From Guillardia theta CCMP2712 (lineage: Eukaryota > Protista > Cryptophyta): 64,000 nt of DNA. Below the pieces are notes generated by a model, which saw only the letters and a program-made list of their open reading frames with translations, was not told where the DNA came from and ran no database searches. This document shows positions 50,738-63,603 of the stretch, piece after piece (within the stretch, counting starts at the first letter, position 1; the number at the start of each line of letters is the position of its first letter). The DNA is taken from the NCBI RefSeq assembly GCF_000315625.1, contig NW_005434671.1, forward strand, positions 817,798-881,797, read 5' to 3'. The position numbers were made by a program, and so were the translations under genes.

Positions 50738-51989
50738 CCTTCAGGAGGCTCGGCTCCCACTGGTGTTGAGGGACAGGGACGATGTCGACAGGGATTGCGC
50801 TGCCTCTTTGTTACTTCAGATCTGCACAAGAAGTGTAAAGAATGGTTCGCTGATCACATAGAGAGGAAAGAATGACAAAGATAAACGTAGGTATATTTCA
50901 TTCCTTGTCAGATTCATGCAGCGTTTGCATAGCATGGCACTTTCCAACGACATTTTCTCATTTATCAAGCATGTATCTCCTATTCTTAGAAAACACAATG
51001 TATCATGTCTGTACATTGCTGTACAGACCTATTTTCGACCCGTCGTCTGCTTTTGAACCTCAGAAAGTGACATCTCAGCTTATCAAATCAGCCCACTCTA
51101 ACCTTACTATATCGAAGAGTATACATGTCAGTTGTCACCATCTTCTGCGTCTTGCGCTCCCTCCTTCTCGTCATTCTTGCACTTCTACATTCCCGACTAC
51201 AGTAGGACTCCTTGTTACGATCCTGCTTCAGACCTATCGACGTCCTACTGCAGTACTCCTGTGACCTGCCTCTGGTCCTCGAGGCAGCTCTCTACGTTGT
51301 CAAGATCCTCTACCTCCTCCTGAGCCCTGTGCCACCTCCTCCTTCCAGCCATACTGCATCTGCAGATCACTGCGCCATAAGCTTCCATCGGGGGCTGAAG
51401 GAGGGGGTCGATTTCCGATAAGGAGTCCCTCATCAGGGGTAGGGTGGGGTCCAACATCCATACACATAGGGGTACTGTTGGGGGGAAATGGGGGTACGGG
51501 TTCAAATCTAATAAAAGAGAAAAGGGATTGGTGAAGCAGGGGGTCATTGCTCCTCGGATTTGACTTAAATATGGGTGGGGTGGTTGAGCTCAACTAGGAT
51601 ACCTCAACCGGTTTAGTTAGAAAGAAGTACCCCCTACCCTGATTTTGAATACTTGACCACCCACCTATTCGAGAGCTTCATTCACCCCACCCCCCGTGCT
51701 TCATCACCCACTCGATACCCAGACTCCCAGATGGATTATGGAGTCAGGTGGATGAAGGGGGTGGTATTGCGTGAATCATGTGGGTAGTAAGGGGATAAAC
51801 TGGGGGTAGGGGTATAGAAATCAGGGGTAGTATGGACCCCATCCAACTTCGGCTGTAAAACAACGATCGAGGGTTTGTTTTACAGGAAGCGACGTGAATG
51901 AGGGCGATGATGCTCAAAATTTGTGACCGACCGCCGCTGAGCGTCTGATCGGGGGCCTCTGGCAAGGACTGACAAGCCTTGAAGGCCAC

Positions 51990-52390
51990 TCATTTTAAAG
52001 GCCCTATTATTTAGCGGCCCTGAGATTTCAGGCCGCGTGGCCAGGCACGGCGGCGACCGGCCTCGGGGCGGCCTCGGATGACCGAGTCCGATCCGCACCG
52101 TCCGCCGGAATGATTCGAGTCCCGGTCCCGGCCCGGACGCGCAGTGCGCAGGCGCAGTGGCGGACTCACGCGGCGTCACCCCGTGACCGTGCGTGATTGT
52201 TAGTGGTGAACATCGGATCTTGTGCCCGGGTTTGCCTTGGGGGGCCTCACTCTCTGGGACCCGGTGACCATAACCGGGCCATCATCCATGGCACAGCGGC
52301 CGGGTGCGGGGGCGCCCGCGGCCTGCTGAGGCCAGTGTGGCGGAGTGACTGATCCGATTCTCAGGCACTTCCGAGTTCCGAACCTCTGAG
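51990..52390. promoter_or_regulatory. GC-rich intergenic island with TCAGGCACTTCCGAGTTCCGAAC
   Basis: CpG/CCGG-rich non-coding stretch; the motif is nearly identical to 30481-30504. Confidence 0.5.
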
Positions 52391-52448
52391 TCTATTACGA
52401 GAACCGTAAACACAAACCTCAACTGACTTCAGTAGCCAACGGCGCCGA

Positions 52449-55003
52449 CTAGGAATCTTCAGCCTTCTGGAAGTCAATTCCATTGTGCATGTCCCAGCCC
52501 TGCATCATGAACAGTCCGTCACAGCCTGCTCCCACTGCATCTTTGTCGCATTGTACTGACCCGAACAATGGCGTCAGTGATGGGCTCGCCGTAGCGACTG
52601 AAGGGGTCCAATGGGTTACGATGCATAGCCACCAACTGCCATCCAAGTGTCACGCTGCAGGAGCCTACTATAAGCTATAGATCGGACCTGCTCAGGCAAC
52701 TCTTCGTCTTCAAGCTCGCTTTGGAAGCCGAACGGGTCAGCCTTGCCGTTGAGAGACCCCTTGGCAATCTGAGCCTCCATGTCAGTTCTACTCCCATCCC
52801 CTTCCTCCCAGCTCGGCCCACCTGCTTCGTCAGAGGGTCGTCGTTCTTCGAGCATTTGCCTGGCGTGCAGTCTGGCTCCTTGCACGATGTTTCCCTGTGC
52901 TCGAGGACCTGCCATGTCCACGTCTCAGCCCTCCGACGCTCATGCCCTCGCCCTCTACCTCCTTGAACGGACATCGGCTGCACGTCCGCTTGCATCGCTC
53001 GACAAGTGGCGTTACCCTGGGGAACCCTTTCTTCCGGTCGTAGCGAGCTTCCAGTACTTCTTTCGTCGCCGTGTTCATGAGCTGTTTCTTCATCTGCCTG
53101 GTAGACGGGAAGGTATCCGAGGGGTACCCGAACGAGTCCTGCATGAAATCCGCTGCGTCTCCCCACACCATCTTGCGCAGCTCAGGATCTAGTGGAGACT
53201 TGACATCGGAGCCGTACTCCGAGTGAGCAAACTGAAGCATCCGCTGGTCCTGCAGCCTGAAGAGCAGCGAAAAGTCGTCAGTTCGACACGAAACCGTCCT
53301 GTCTCTTAGCCTCTAGTACCTCCTCTTATCCGCCGCAGACAGTCGGGCGTCCCTGCTGTAGAGCGGGCTGGTTCTATCTCGGTCAACGTGTCCAAAGAAC
53401 GCTCCTGCCTCCGACAACGGAGACCCGTGCCTCGAATTCCTATGCCCATGTCTCAGTCTCGACCGGCTGGTAACAAGGCAACGCACCGGGACCGGGGAGA
53501 TCTGTATCTGTCACCAGTGCCGTCTCTGTACTGCGGATCGAAGCCTGAGATCCAGTTGTCTCCAAGGTCAGCTCCATCCTTATGAGGATAACGCTGCGGG
53601 ACAGTGTTGTAAATGTTGGGCTCGTATCCATATCTCCTGTCACGAGCTTCTCGCTCATAGCTGTAGTCGCTTGACTTGCGAAGGTCTCTCTCGTAGTCGG
53701 CTATTTCCCTTTGCTTTTGTTTCTTCCAGCGGTCACACTCGTCTGGATCAGGCTTGGTGGTACAAGATGGGGGAGGATTGTCGAAGTTGGGTCGTCGCCT
53801 CGCTATATCATTCGGATCGTTCCTACCTGATTTGTCACCATCATAGTCGTAACTCCCATATTTTCTCCTTCTGTATCGTTGCGATTGGTAGTCATCATCG
53901 TCATAATACCCACCCCATAACGTGCTCCTGTGACTCTACCATGTAGTTCAAATCAGCCTGATTCTTCCGCCAACTTCCTTCTTACCTTCTTCGTCGATTT
54001 CACTGGTAACTTCATGTGCTTTGAATCCATCTTTTCCTTGAAAGATACCTTTTCCATCTCTCGATCTACGCGACTCGCGCCAGCCTTGCTTTTCACGCCA
54101 GTCCCCTGCTCCCCTTAGCCAGTCAGCTCCCATGATTTGTTGCATGTACTGTATGACGTCGATCCACACCTCTTACCTCATGGGTCTGCTTAACGAGCAT
54201 CTGCGCTCTGCGAATCTCTGCTCTCAGCTCTGCAAGTCCCCCGTAAGGCTCTCGCCCCTCTCATTTCCTCCCTTCCCGCCTCTACCGTCCATATCGGCCT
54301 GCCGCTGGGATCGCTCGTCCTCGACCTTGGCCTTGAGAGTCTGCGCCTCCCATCCGCTTACGAACGACTACACTCCCTCCTGCTCTTCTTCTTACCGACA
54401 CAACGAGCTCTGCCTTCTTCATCTTCCCGACATCCGACTCCTCCTGAGATTTTTCGCTGTTGATCCTTCCTTGGATCACTCTCAGCGTGTGGTCCTCGCT
54501 CCGAAGCCTGCTGCTCGCTCCACTCTTGGGAGGAGCAGCGCTCAGGTGTGGAGGAGCAGCGCTCTGCATGCACAGCATCATCCCCCCCCCAAATTGCTAT
54601 GCACGGTCTTACCCTTTGCCTCGACGGCTTAGGAGCAATCTCCGTGAGAAGCTTGTTTGCATATGCAACGTCCGCCTCAAGCCCCGCTATATCCGACTGT
54701 TCACCAACCATCGCACGTCAGCTCTCCCGCGTGCTCTACTATGGTTGTTACCGGTGCATTGAGACGTAAGAGCGATACTCGCCCGCTCACATGCTGTGTG
54801 AGATGTCAGCACGCACATCCGAGGCGAGCGTGTCTCACCGTTTGTTGCCAGCCGAGGATGCAGAGCACCGCAAGAGAGCAGGCGAGCAAGCTCAGCACTA
54901 GGTGATGGCGGGAAGCTCGGAGCCTGCTGGGAGGGAAGCGGCCGGGCATGATCCTTGCAGGGGTCTCAAGAGCTTCTTCCCACGGGCGACCCCCCCCCTG
55001 CAA
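52449..55003 (-). CDS. Hypothetical type-II membrane-anchored coiled-coil protein, many exons
   Basis: N-terminal TM-like HLVLSLLACSLAVLCILGW, coiled-coil exons (IAGLEADVAYANKLL), coding-like exons at 52830-53240 and 52449-52560, and regular GT-AG borders. No family recognised; boundaries are approximate. Confidence 0.45.
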
Positions 55004-55669
55004 TCATGTACTTACCAGTGAGACGTAATAAAGATTGGCTTTGCTGTGATGTCGATGGTTATCTCGACAGGTTTCTACCTTACAGAATGAGGGCCATTTG
55101 AAGCCTCGATCAACTCTTCCTCAGTCACAGTCATTACATCTGCCTGAATCAGTCTCTAAATCATGACAAATCATCGCAGAAGCCTTTCAATGTTGACTAG
55201 CATTGCCCAATCAACCATGGCTCCAAGTTTTTTATCTCAACAGCTCTTCCTACCACATCATGTGAAGCTCCTTCTTCTGACTGGAATGCTATCTCACTGC
55301 CAAGTCAATGCAGCCGCCGCTGCTTCCCCTAAGTTGCTCTGTTCCTTCGCCATGTTTGAAACCATTCGGACTTCCCGGCTCGATACCGAGGAGTCACTTT
55401 CCTATCACCCACCCCACCCCCTCCGAAAGTCACTTTCGGTACTCAAGACCGCCCCTCATCACGAAGTTACAGCCTTATATATATATAATTTCAGGTACTA
55501 TATGCTTCTTTTTTTTACTATCAATACTACCACTAAAACCTGTGAAGTACTACCTCATCTGTACCGGATTGACTCATAATGGTAATAATTCATAGTTCAG
55601 TACACTTTCAAGTATGCGATGGGGGTCAGTCACCGAACGAATTTTCTTCAGTGGCCCGTGACAAGGGGA

Positions 55670-56070
55670 GGCCTAGTGACTTTGAGTAAAGAGGAGTGAT
55701 GCACACAAGGCCCCGTCGCGGCTCCGGCGGAGGAGCCGCCCGGGGGGCTGCTCCGGGCCGCTAGGCTGGGCTCCGCCGGGCCCATACTACTTGAATTTTT
55801 AACTTAACTTTGAGTAAAGACTTGAATACTCGGTGACCGACGCATGTTTTGCAGGCTCGGAGCACTGGAAACTGCACTGAGCAGCACTGAGCACAAAGGA
55901 AGATCCGAGGGCATCGTGATCGGATGCCGAAAGGCAGTTTCGGCTTCCCCATGATCATCGCCACTGAGTGCACGGACGGCCGGGCGGGCGGTCCGATCGG
56001 GACGGTCGGATCCGGGGAGTCCGGCGGGCCCGGGGGTCGGACGTCGGAGTGCACCTGGGCCCGGCCAGCT
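55670..56070. promoter_or_regulatory. GC-rich island in a divergent promoter with two ACTTTGAGTAAAG copies
   Basis: The 13-mer occurs at 55679 and 55807 amid CCGG-rich sequence. Confidence 0.5.
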
Positions 56071-56195
56071 ATATCACTACTTCAGTCGGAGCGAAGACGG
56101 GAAAATGAAGGGACAAGAGGAGCAAGTGAAGCGAGGGAAGGAGGAGAGGGACAGTGAAGGGAACTAGAGACGAGAGGAGAGGCTCCCCGAGGCGA

Positions 56196-59100
56196 ATGGC
56201 AGAGGGACCGCTGATCCGCTGGAGGGAGCAGCAGCTTCTCACGAGATGGAGAGGAGAAGGAGGGAATCCAGGACTGGGCGAGAGGAGCGATGGGGCCTCT
56301 ACCAAGAATGACTTCGATGCCTTCATGATACTCCTGGAGATGATGATGCAGGAACGCGACCATGACAAGAGGCTCTCGTTGATTCAGCGATACCTCCTCG
56401 TTGCCTCTTCTTACCGCAAGTCCACGCCTCTCCGGTCTACGGAAGGCCTGGCAAAGATGTTTCATGACGTCCTGGTGAAAGCCGAGTCGGTCGTTCAAGA
56501 CTTCATCCAGGCCGAAGAAGCTCGTGATGCTGATCGCGAGGCTGCCAGTCTTCAGAACACACCCAAGGACAGGTATGCGAGTTTGATGAGGAGAATCGCG
56601 GTGGCGAACGAAACGTCCAACGCATGCAACATGGCCTTGCACCAGTGCAGGCAGGAGCTGGACAGACTCGTTGAGAGGGAAAAGTATCTTGACGCGGCAA
56701 AGGACGATGGACGTCTGCCAGAGGCCTTGAGCGAGAGAGAGGCCGTCCTACTCCAACTCGAGTCGCGGCTGAAGGAGTATAAGAAATGTTTGTTGGAGGC
56801 AGGAGGGTTGGAGGACAAACGGGAGGTGTTGGAGTATCTTGCCCGATGTGATATCGAACACCTTCTGAGAGACTTCCTTACTTATTCCCCGAGTATGTCA
56901 TGCAGAGGTGCGATAGTACCTTACGTGTCTTTCAGATCCGGGAGACGTGACGTCGACGGAGCTGCTTGGGGAGCTCCAGCAAGCGGGCGACAAGGGCGGT
57001 TCACGAGACCAAGGCGCAGACAACAGGAAGAGAGAGATGAAGGAGCTGTTGGAGGAGACAGAGCGACTTGAACGAGAGTACCTCCAACGCCATGCTGGAG
57101 AGAAGGATTGGAGGGAGTGCACTGTCCGATTGCAGATGCAAGATCAGGAGCACGTAGAGCAAGCTTCTGCCGAGCGAGTGATGCAGCAGGTAAGGAGAGA
57201 TGTCTCGAAGGCGCTCAGGTGCCGCCAATCAAAGGTCTGCTGCCATCTCAATCATTTTTTCCATCGGGTTCATGTCCTTGTATCCAGGTCACGGTTGTGA
57301 GCTGCGACTTTGCTCCGTGCGTCGTGACCGTCCGGTTGGCTGAGGGGGTGTATGCGGACGTTCGCTCTCCTCTCGAAGCAGGGCGAGAACTTGCAAACCA
57401 GGTGCTAATTCATCTTATGCTGCTTCTTTCTGCCTGCCTTGTTGATCCTTGCGCGCTGTTCCTATTCAGCTTTCACTATTTCTTGACCCCGTAAAGCTCT
57501 CCCTCTCCCTTCGGTGGTTGTTTTCTTGTTCCTCATGTGCGTTGAAGGTACATGATGTCAACTCTCCCTTGCGACAGGGGAGATGCAGTAGCCTCTGCAC
57601 ATCAGTGACGGTCGTGGAGGACGACAGACCGCAGGACGTCCAACAGCCGGCAGCTGGTCAGATTCCAATCCAGTCTGCCATTGCGCTTGCGATGGAGAAT
57701 GGCCTGAGTGAGAAGCTGGCAAGGAAAGTCTTGGAAGAGATCAACCCGAAAAAGGAGCCATACCTCGATGCCCAACTGGTTCAGCGAGTTATCAAGAAGA
57801 GCGGCACAGTGCCGGTCGCCTCCTTCCCCCCTTACCGCTCCTCCCAGGTCGACAGGAGCCGGTTAGGGAGGAGTGGGATCGGCCTCCTGCTCCGCAAGGA
57901 CAAGGACAGTGGTGCTCTGTTCGTGAGGGAGGTTATGCCAGGATCCCCAGCTGATGGAGTGGTGAATGGGGAGAGGACGGGAGAGGGGCTGTTGCCTGGG
58001 CAGCGAGTCTGCTCGTTGGAGGACGTTCCCAGCGAGGAGCTGAGCGAGGAGAGAGCTCACCTTATCACCCTGGGCCATTCCGGGCAGGAGTGCAAGGTAG
58101 TCGTAATGGGAGAAGAGGGAGAGGAGGTAAGGTACTTCCCGAGGGCCATGGGGTATGACACGTTGGAGCTGTGGGGGAAATCCGACGACCTGCTCGTGAG
58201 CTCGACAAGAAGGAGCATGGGGATGTTGAGGGCTGGAGGGGAGGAGGGGGAGAAGGAGGACGTTGGGATCAGGGTGAGGCGGGAGGAGGAGGGATTCATC
58301 GTGACTGAGCTTCTAGCGGGCTCGCCCGCTGCTCTTTGCCAGCGCATTCAGGTCGGAGACCGTTTGCTCCTCATCGACGATGACGTCCTTGCCCTCTGCA
58401 ATGTTGAGGAGGTCCAAGAGATGCTCCGAGGAGCGCGAGGGACCAGGGTCAGCGTGACCGTCTCCTCCAACGAGGAGGATGTCAGTCGTCAGACTGTCCG
58501 TGTGATCGAGCTGGAGCGGGGCCATGCCGCGGCGGCGGATGGTCATGCGGAGTCAGCGAGCATGCAAGAAGCTTCATCCCGTGATGGGGAGGGCAAGGAA
58601 GAAGAGGAGAAGGAGGCAGCGATCGATTCAAGAGTGCATGCTGGCCAGCCGCAAATGAGCTGGACGGCTGATGGGGAGAGGCAAGGGCAGGCTGGTCTAC
58701 CTCAGACCCTCTCAGCGGCCCTAGGAGCAGGGCAAACTAATCACATGATGAGGAGGACCGAGGATGAAGATGAGGATGAGGATGAGGATGAGGTTTCTGA
58801 CAGCGTCTTCAACAACAGGTTTCTATGCTCACACCTCTTCTTTGTTGGTTTCTGCTTTCTGTCCTCCTCTCTTTCTCCCTCTCCCTCCCTCTTGATTTGT
58901 CGCTCCCTCTCTCACCTCTATGCCCAGGGATGTCCCCCTGGAGGACGAAGAATGTACCACAGCCGAGGACCTGCGAAGATTGCTGCGCGCGATGCGATCA
59001 GGGGCGAAGAGGGAGGATGAGGTTGTCTGCTGCGCGATTTCACATGCAACCTTCACGCTCGACGACCTGCTTTCAAGCTTCTCAGTCAGGATGCGATCAA

Positions 59101-60890
59101 CTCGGCGACTGGAAGAGGAGGGAGAGGATGAGAAGTACGTCCTTGCCCATATCCGCCTTGTGCGCAGCTGGAGGGTCGCCATTTCGCTTCAGGGGCAGAA
59201 GAGCATGAGCGACGTTCCCTTCCTTGGGGTCTATGCGGTGGACATTCGTGAAGGAGACCTCTCCGTTCGAATAGTCTCCCTGGAGGAAAAAACTCTCATC
59301 GAGCAGGTGGAAGAGGAGAGGGGCGATGAGGAGAATAGGAGAGAGGGTGGAGAGAGGAAGGAGAACAGAGAGAGGATGTGCGGCTGGTGGAGAAGGAGCG
59401 GGGGATTGAGTTGTGGAGGGAGATTGCTTGAATTTTCTGACATGGCTGCAAGGCGGTCGATGACCTGAAGGAACAACTGGAAGCGATGGACTTGAGATCG
59501 TCTGCCTCGCCGGAGGGGATGGAGAGAACCTGCGTCAAGATCGCGTCCTTCATCGTCCACGAGTCCTCCGCCATGTCCCGAGGGGAGACGAGCAGGCAAG
59601 ACTTCCAGCACAAATGCCTGAGCTGGCTGAGGACGGACGAGGCCGTACAGCGGCTGAGGAGCTCGAGCAAGGACGGGTGGATTGTCGTCGGAGAGTTCAA
59701 GAAGATGCTCCTGCACTACGACAGGATGGCGCTCTGGAGCGAGCAGACGCTGCCTGCAGGTCTCAGCAAGAAGCTCCTGTACACGAGGAACAAGCTTGCG
59801 CTGTTGCGCTGGTTCGCGCATCCCCCGCAACCAGAGGAGCAGGTGTTGTTCCTGGATCCCGCGCAGGTGCGGGGCTTCCCTCCCCTCGACATGCCGACCA
59901 AGTTGGAGGAGGGAGAGTCCTCGTCGTCCTCCCCCTCCTCCATCGCACCCAAGTACTTCATCTTCCCGGTGTTAGTCTGTGTCAACTCGTGCGAGTTTGA
60001 CAGGGAGGTGAGAAATTCTTGCAGCCCTCCCCAGCTGACTCCGAGCTGTCGCCTTGCAGCGGAAGGGCCCGAGGATCAGGGTCTCCAAGACAGGCTACAA
60101 GGCCATCTGCAACATCTCCCAGCAGCTGGGCGGGCAGAGCCTTCGGTCCTCCCTCCCCATGGCCATCGAGCTGAGCAGCGTTGGCCGCTCCTCCTCCTTC
60201 CTCCACTACATGGAGGTAACAGCCCCTTTCTCTTTCGCTCCTCTCTCCTGCGCCTTCAGTGCCATGATCGCTTCTCCAGGTCCTCGTCCTTGGGTCGGTT
60301 TATGGCATGTCGGTGGGGATCGTGTCGGGCGAGACTGAGGACCTCTCCACCTGGTTCCCAGCAAACTCCCTCCGGCTGGAGTACGACGGGGCTGTAAGGT
60401 GCTGGAGCCTGCAGTCGCGCTCGCCTCCTCCTCCTCCTCACTCCCCGCAGGGGCAACGGGATCTTCCTCAAGCACTCCACGGCACAGGGGAAAGAGGGGC
60501 TCAGCTTCGACGACGGCGACCGGGTGGGCGTCTTCCTTGATCTCCTGACGAACAAGATCGGGTGAGGGGAGGGAGGGAGAGGGAGAGGCGACGAGGGAGT
60601 TGGGCCTGAGCTGAAGGGGGCAGGTGGACAAAGAACGGCAAGCTGGTTATGACGAGAGAGCGGCTCCCGCTCCTCCATCCTCTAGCTGGGGACCTCAGGT
60701 TCATGGTCTCTTGCCGCACGGGAGGATTCGAGATGAGCCAACGGCAGTCAGCGTACGACAACTTGCTCAAGGTGAAGCCCCTCTTACTGCCGCTCTTAGC
60801 CTGACAGCCGGGCCTGTGCAGGCGGTTGACATGAGGGAGTGGGCGAGGAGGGGAGGGCGGCGATGCTGGTTGCCCATCACAGAAGGATGA
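56196..60890 (+). CDS. Coiled-coil + two PDZ + SPRY-like multidomain protein
   Basis: PDZ1 GIGLLLRKDKDSGALFVREVMPGSPA. PDZ2 VGIRVRREEEGFIVTELLAGSPAALCQRIQVGDRLLLID...VQEMLRGARGTRVSVTV. SPRY-like HYMEVLVLG..YGMSVGIV...SFDDGDRVGVFLDL. Could be two genes. Confidence 0.7.
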
Positions 60891-61247
60891 GCAGCTCTGT
60901 TGAATTCTGGGTCACAACTCTGAGATTAACCCGTACCTGTAACTAGCTAGTAACAGTACTACACGGAGCCTCTAGCCTGACTCTTACTGATTGCTTGAAC
61001 ATCCTGACTGAGTTGGATCACCCAGTGAGACCGTCGCATACAGCGTCACAGGCTTGCAGGAGGCCTGGCAGCACCTAGCAGTGGCGGCGGGGCTGCTGCC
61101 GGGGCCGGCCCTGGCCCAGTGGGGCCGGCCCCGGCCAGAGTCCGAGGGCAGTCCGAGGGGCCTAGAGGGGATGAGGGGCCACTCGTTCGCTTCGCTCCTC
61201 CCCTCTTCCCCTAGTCCTGCAAGCGCCGCCATGTACTGGCGCGTCAG

Positions 61248-62238
61248 ATGAGCGCGCTGCTGACCTCGCTCATCATCGCCACAACAGCAAGGTACTCTCA
61301 CAGCGCGTTCGCTGTAGGCTGCAGCTCCTTCGAAGGTTTCAGGACAGAGTTGAGCAGGACAAGGCTGAACAGACCTCTGACGAGGCTAGCAATGAGTACC
61401 AGGAGCAGGAGGCAGGCCGAGGCTCCGAAAGAGCAGGAGGCTGTCCCGAAGAAGGAGCCTGTCTCGAAGAAGGAGCCTGTCTCGAAGAAGGAGCCTGTCT
61501 CGAAGAAGGAGCCTGTCCCGAAGAAGGAGCCTGTCTCGAAGAAGAGGGGAAAGGCAGTCAAGGAGGAGAAGGAAGACCATGAAACGACGACCAAAAGAAA
61601 AGTGGCGAAGACGGAAGCGAGCAAGGCAGAGGTGTGCGAGGCCAACACGACCTCGGGGTTCTGGCTGGTGAAGAGTGAGCCGGACGAATATTCCATCGAG
61701 GAGTTGAAGAGACAGCCTGACGGCATCGGCTTCTGGGATGTAAGGGCCATCAGATCGAGTCTTGGTACCTGACATGCTAGCAGGGAGTCAGGAACTACGT
61801 CGCCAGAAACAACATGCAGAAGATGAAGGTCGGGGACATGTGCTTCTACTACCACAGCAGCTGCAAGGTCCCCGGCATAGTCGGGCTGGCCAAGGTTGCC
61901 TCCACGGCTCGGGTTGACCCGACTGCGCTGGACCCGAAGCACAAGTACTACGATCCTAAGAGTGATCCTGCGAAGCCCAGGTGGTACGGGGTTGACCTGC
62001 AGTACGTGCGAGACTTCAAGAGGATGGTAACCCTGGCGGAGCTCAAGACTTACAGGTCAGGTGGAAGAGCAGCTGAGAACCTCGCTGACGTGGTTCCTAC
62101 AGCAAGGGAGAGCTGGCCAGGATGGATCTGTTCAACAAGGCTCGGCTGAGCGTTCAGGCGGTCAGCAAGGATGAATGGGAGCACATCATGAGGTTGGAGG
62201 AGGAAGAGCCCGAGGATGATGCAGACGGTGCCAAGTGA
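61248..62238 (+). CDS. EVE-domain protein (THYN1-like) with signal/transit-like leader and Lys-rich repeats
   Basis: FWLVKSEPDEYSIEEL...WDGVRNYVARNNMQKMKVGDMCFYYHSSCKVPGIVGLA...YYDPKS...RW..VD...VTLAELK...RLSVQAV...EWEHI. Confidence 0.93.
61449..61538 (+). repeat. Coding 18-bp tandem repeat AAGAAGGAGCCTGTC(T/C)CG x5 (KKEPVS/P)
   Basis: Five consecutive units plus degenerate flanks, in frame. Confidence 0.95.
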
Positions 62239-62399
62239 TAGGTGGGGAACGAACAGTCAGACTGCGCTGCGGGATGATCAGCAGTCACTAGTCTCTTTGC
62301 TGGTTGAGTTAGAAGTTAGTTGCTTCCAAGCCACTGCCAGTATATCCCGGTCAGTAGCGGTTTAGCGTCCCCAGTCCCTAGTAAACTGGCAACTCGGGC

Positions 62400-62570
62400 C
62401 TACTATGCTGATAAGACCGTGGCAGCGCGGCCGCGCGGCCGGGGCTCAGCCTTGAGCCCGATCGGACCGCCGGACTGGCTGGTGACGGCCCGTACGGTAC
62501 TCGAGTGGGACTCCCGGCGAACTCAACCGTTAAACCGGGCCGGGCGCCGCCCGGCCCCCGGGCGGAAGTT
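62400..62570. promoter_or_regulatory. GC-rich island upstream of the EF-hand gene
   Basis: GCGGCCGCGCGGCCGG and CCGGGCCGGGCGCCGCCCGGCCCCCGGG runs. Confidence 0.4.
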
Positions 62571-62664
62571 TGCAACTTCACAGACGAAAGTTTCAATCAA
62601 GTTTGTATGGAAGTAGCCTTCAAAGTTTATAGTTGCCTCTTCGCCATTGGCAGGGCGATAAGGG

Positions 62665-63603
62665 ATGGCGAATCAGCAGCTGCTCCCCTCGCGCCTCCTC
62701 CTCCTCTCCTGCATCGCTCTCGTCGCTCTCTTGTTCCTGGTACGACTCTCCAGTGTCAGTCGCCCCAGCTCGCTAGATGAGGTGTGGGTGCCAGTAGATC
62801 AAGTGCGCTCCTTCCGGCCGCTGCGAGGTATGCGAACACGTCTACTTGCGTATGGCTGATTGACCGTTGCAGGAGCTGAAGACTTCAACCTGATGACTTC
62901 TCACCTCAAGAGAGGCCTGCATGCTCTTCGATTTAACCCTCAACCCATGCTCAAGGCTCGAGTGGCCACCGCTCCATCCAACATAGATTATTTCTATGTC
63001 GATAGACCGCTGCAGCCCCCCAAGCAAGAAGCTCAGTACTTGGTGTGCCAGCAGAGCAAGGTAGACTACAACCGCCTTCTCCAAGCAGGTCAGATCAGCA
63101 AGGAAGAGCAGGAGCTCCATGAGATCTTCGACTACGTCGATTCAGACCACAGCGGGTGTGTCACTGGGTACGAACTCTACATGTTCAGCGTACAGCTCTC
63201 CAAGGTCTTGCCCCAGGACGAGTGCCTGTCCAACCCTGCATGCGGTCTCTCCTACTCCGATTGCGCTCAGATCATCCTGGCGGTACCATGAGAGCGATGC
63301 TGCCGTGGGCCGATGCTGACTTGCTTCTCACAGATGGACGCTGATGGAAACAACATGATCGACTTCTTTGAGCTGGAACAGTTCCTGATCTTGAAGACTG
63401 TGTTCGACTCTGTCGATCATGGTCACATCGGCACCATCAGCACAGGAGAGCTCTGTGAGGCCCTGATGAAGCTGGGAAGGCAGACCGCAGACTGCAGGGA
63501 GAGACTCATGTACAGTTGGGGAGGAGAGAAGAGATTTGATTTCATGGACTTCAAAAATTTCCTGGTGAATTCTGAGCCCGCCAAGAGCTCGATCGGGTTG
63601 TAG
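62665..63603 (+). CDS. Membrane-anchored or secreted EF-hand calcium-binding protein
   Basis: N-terminal hydrophobic LLLLSCIALVALLFLV. EF loops DSDHSGCVTGYE, DADGNNMIDFFE and DHGHIGTISTGE. Confidence 0.85.

Noticed and set aside
61449-61538. CRISPR-like array
   Set aside because: A head-to-tail coding repeat with no unique spacers, in a eukaryotic context.
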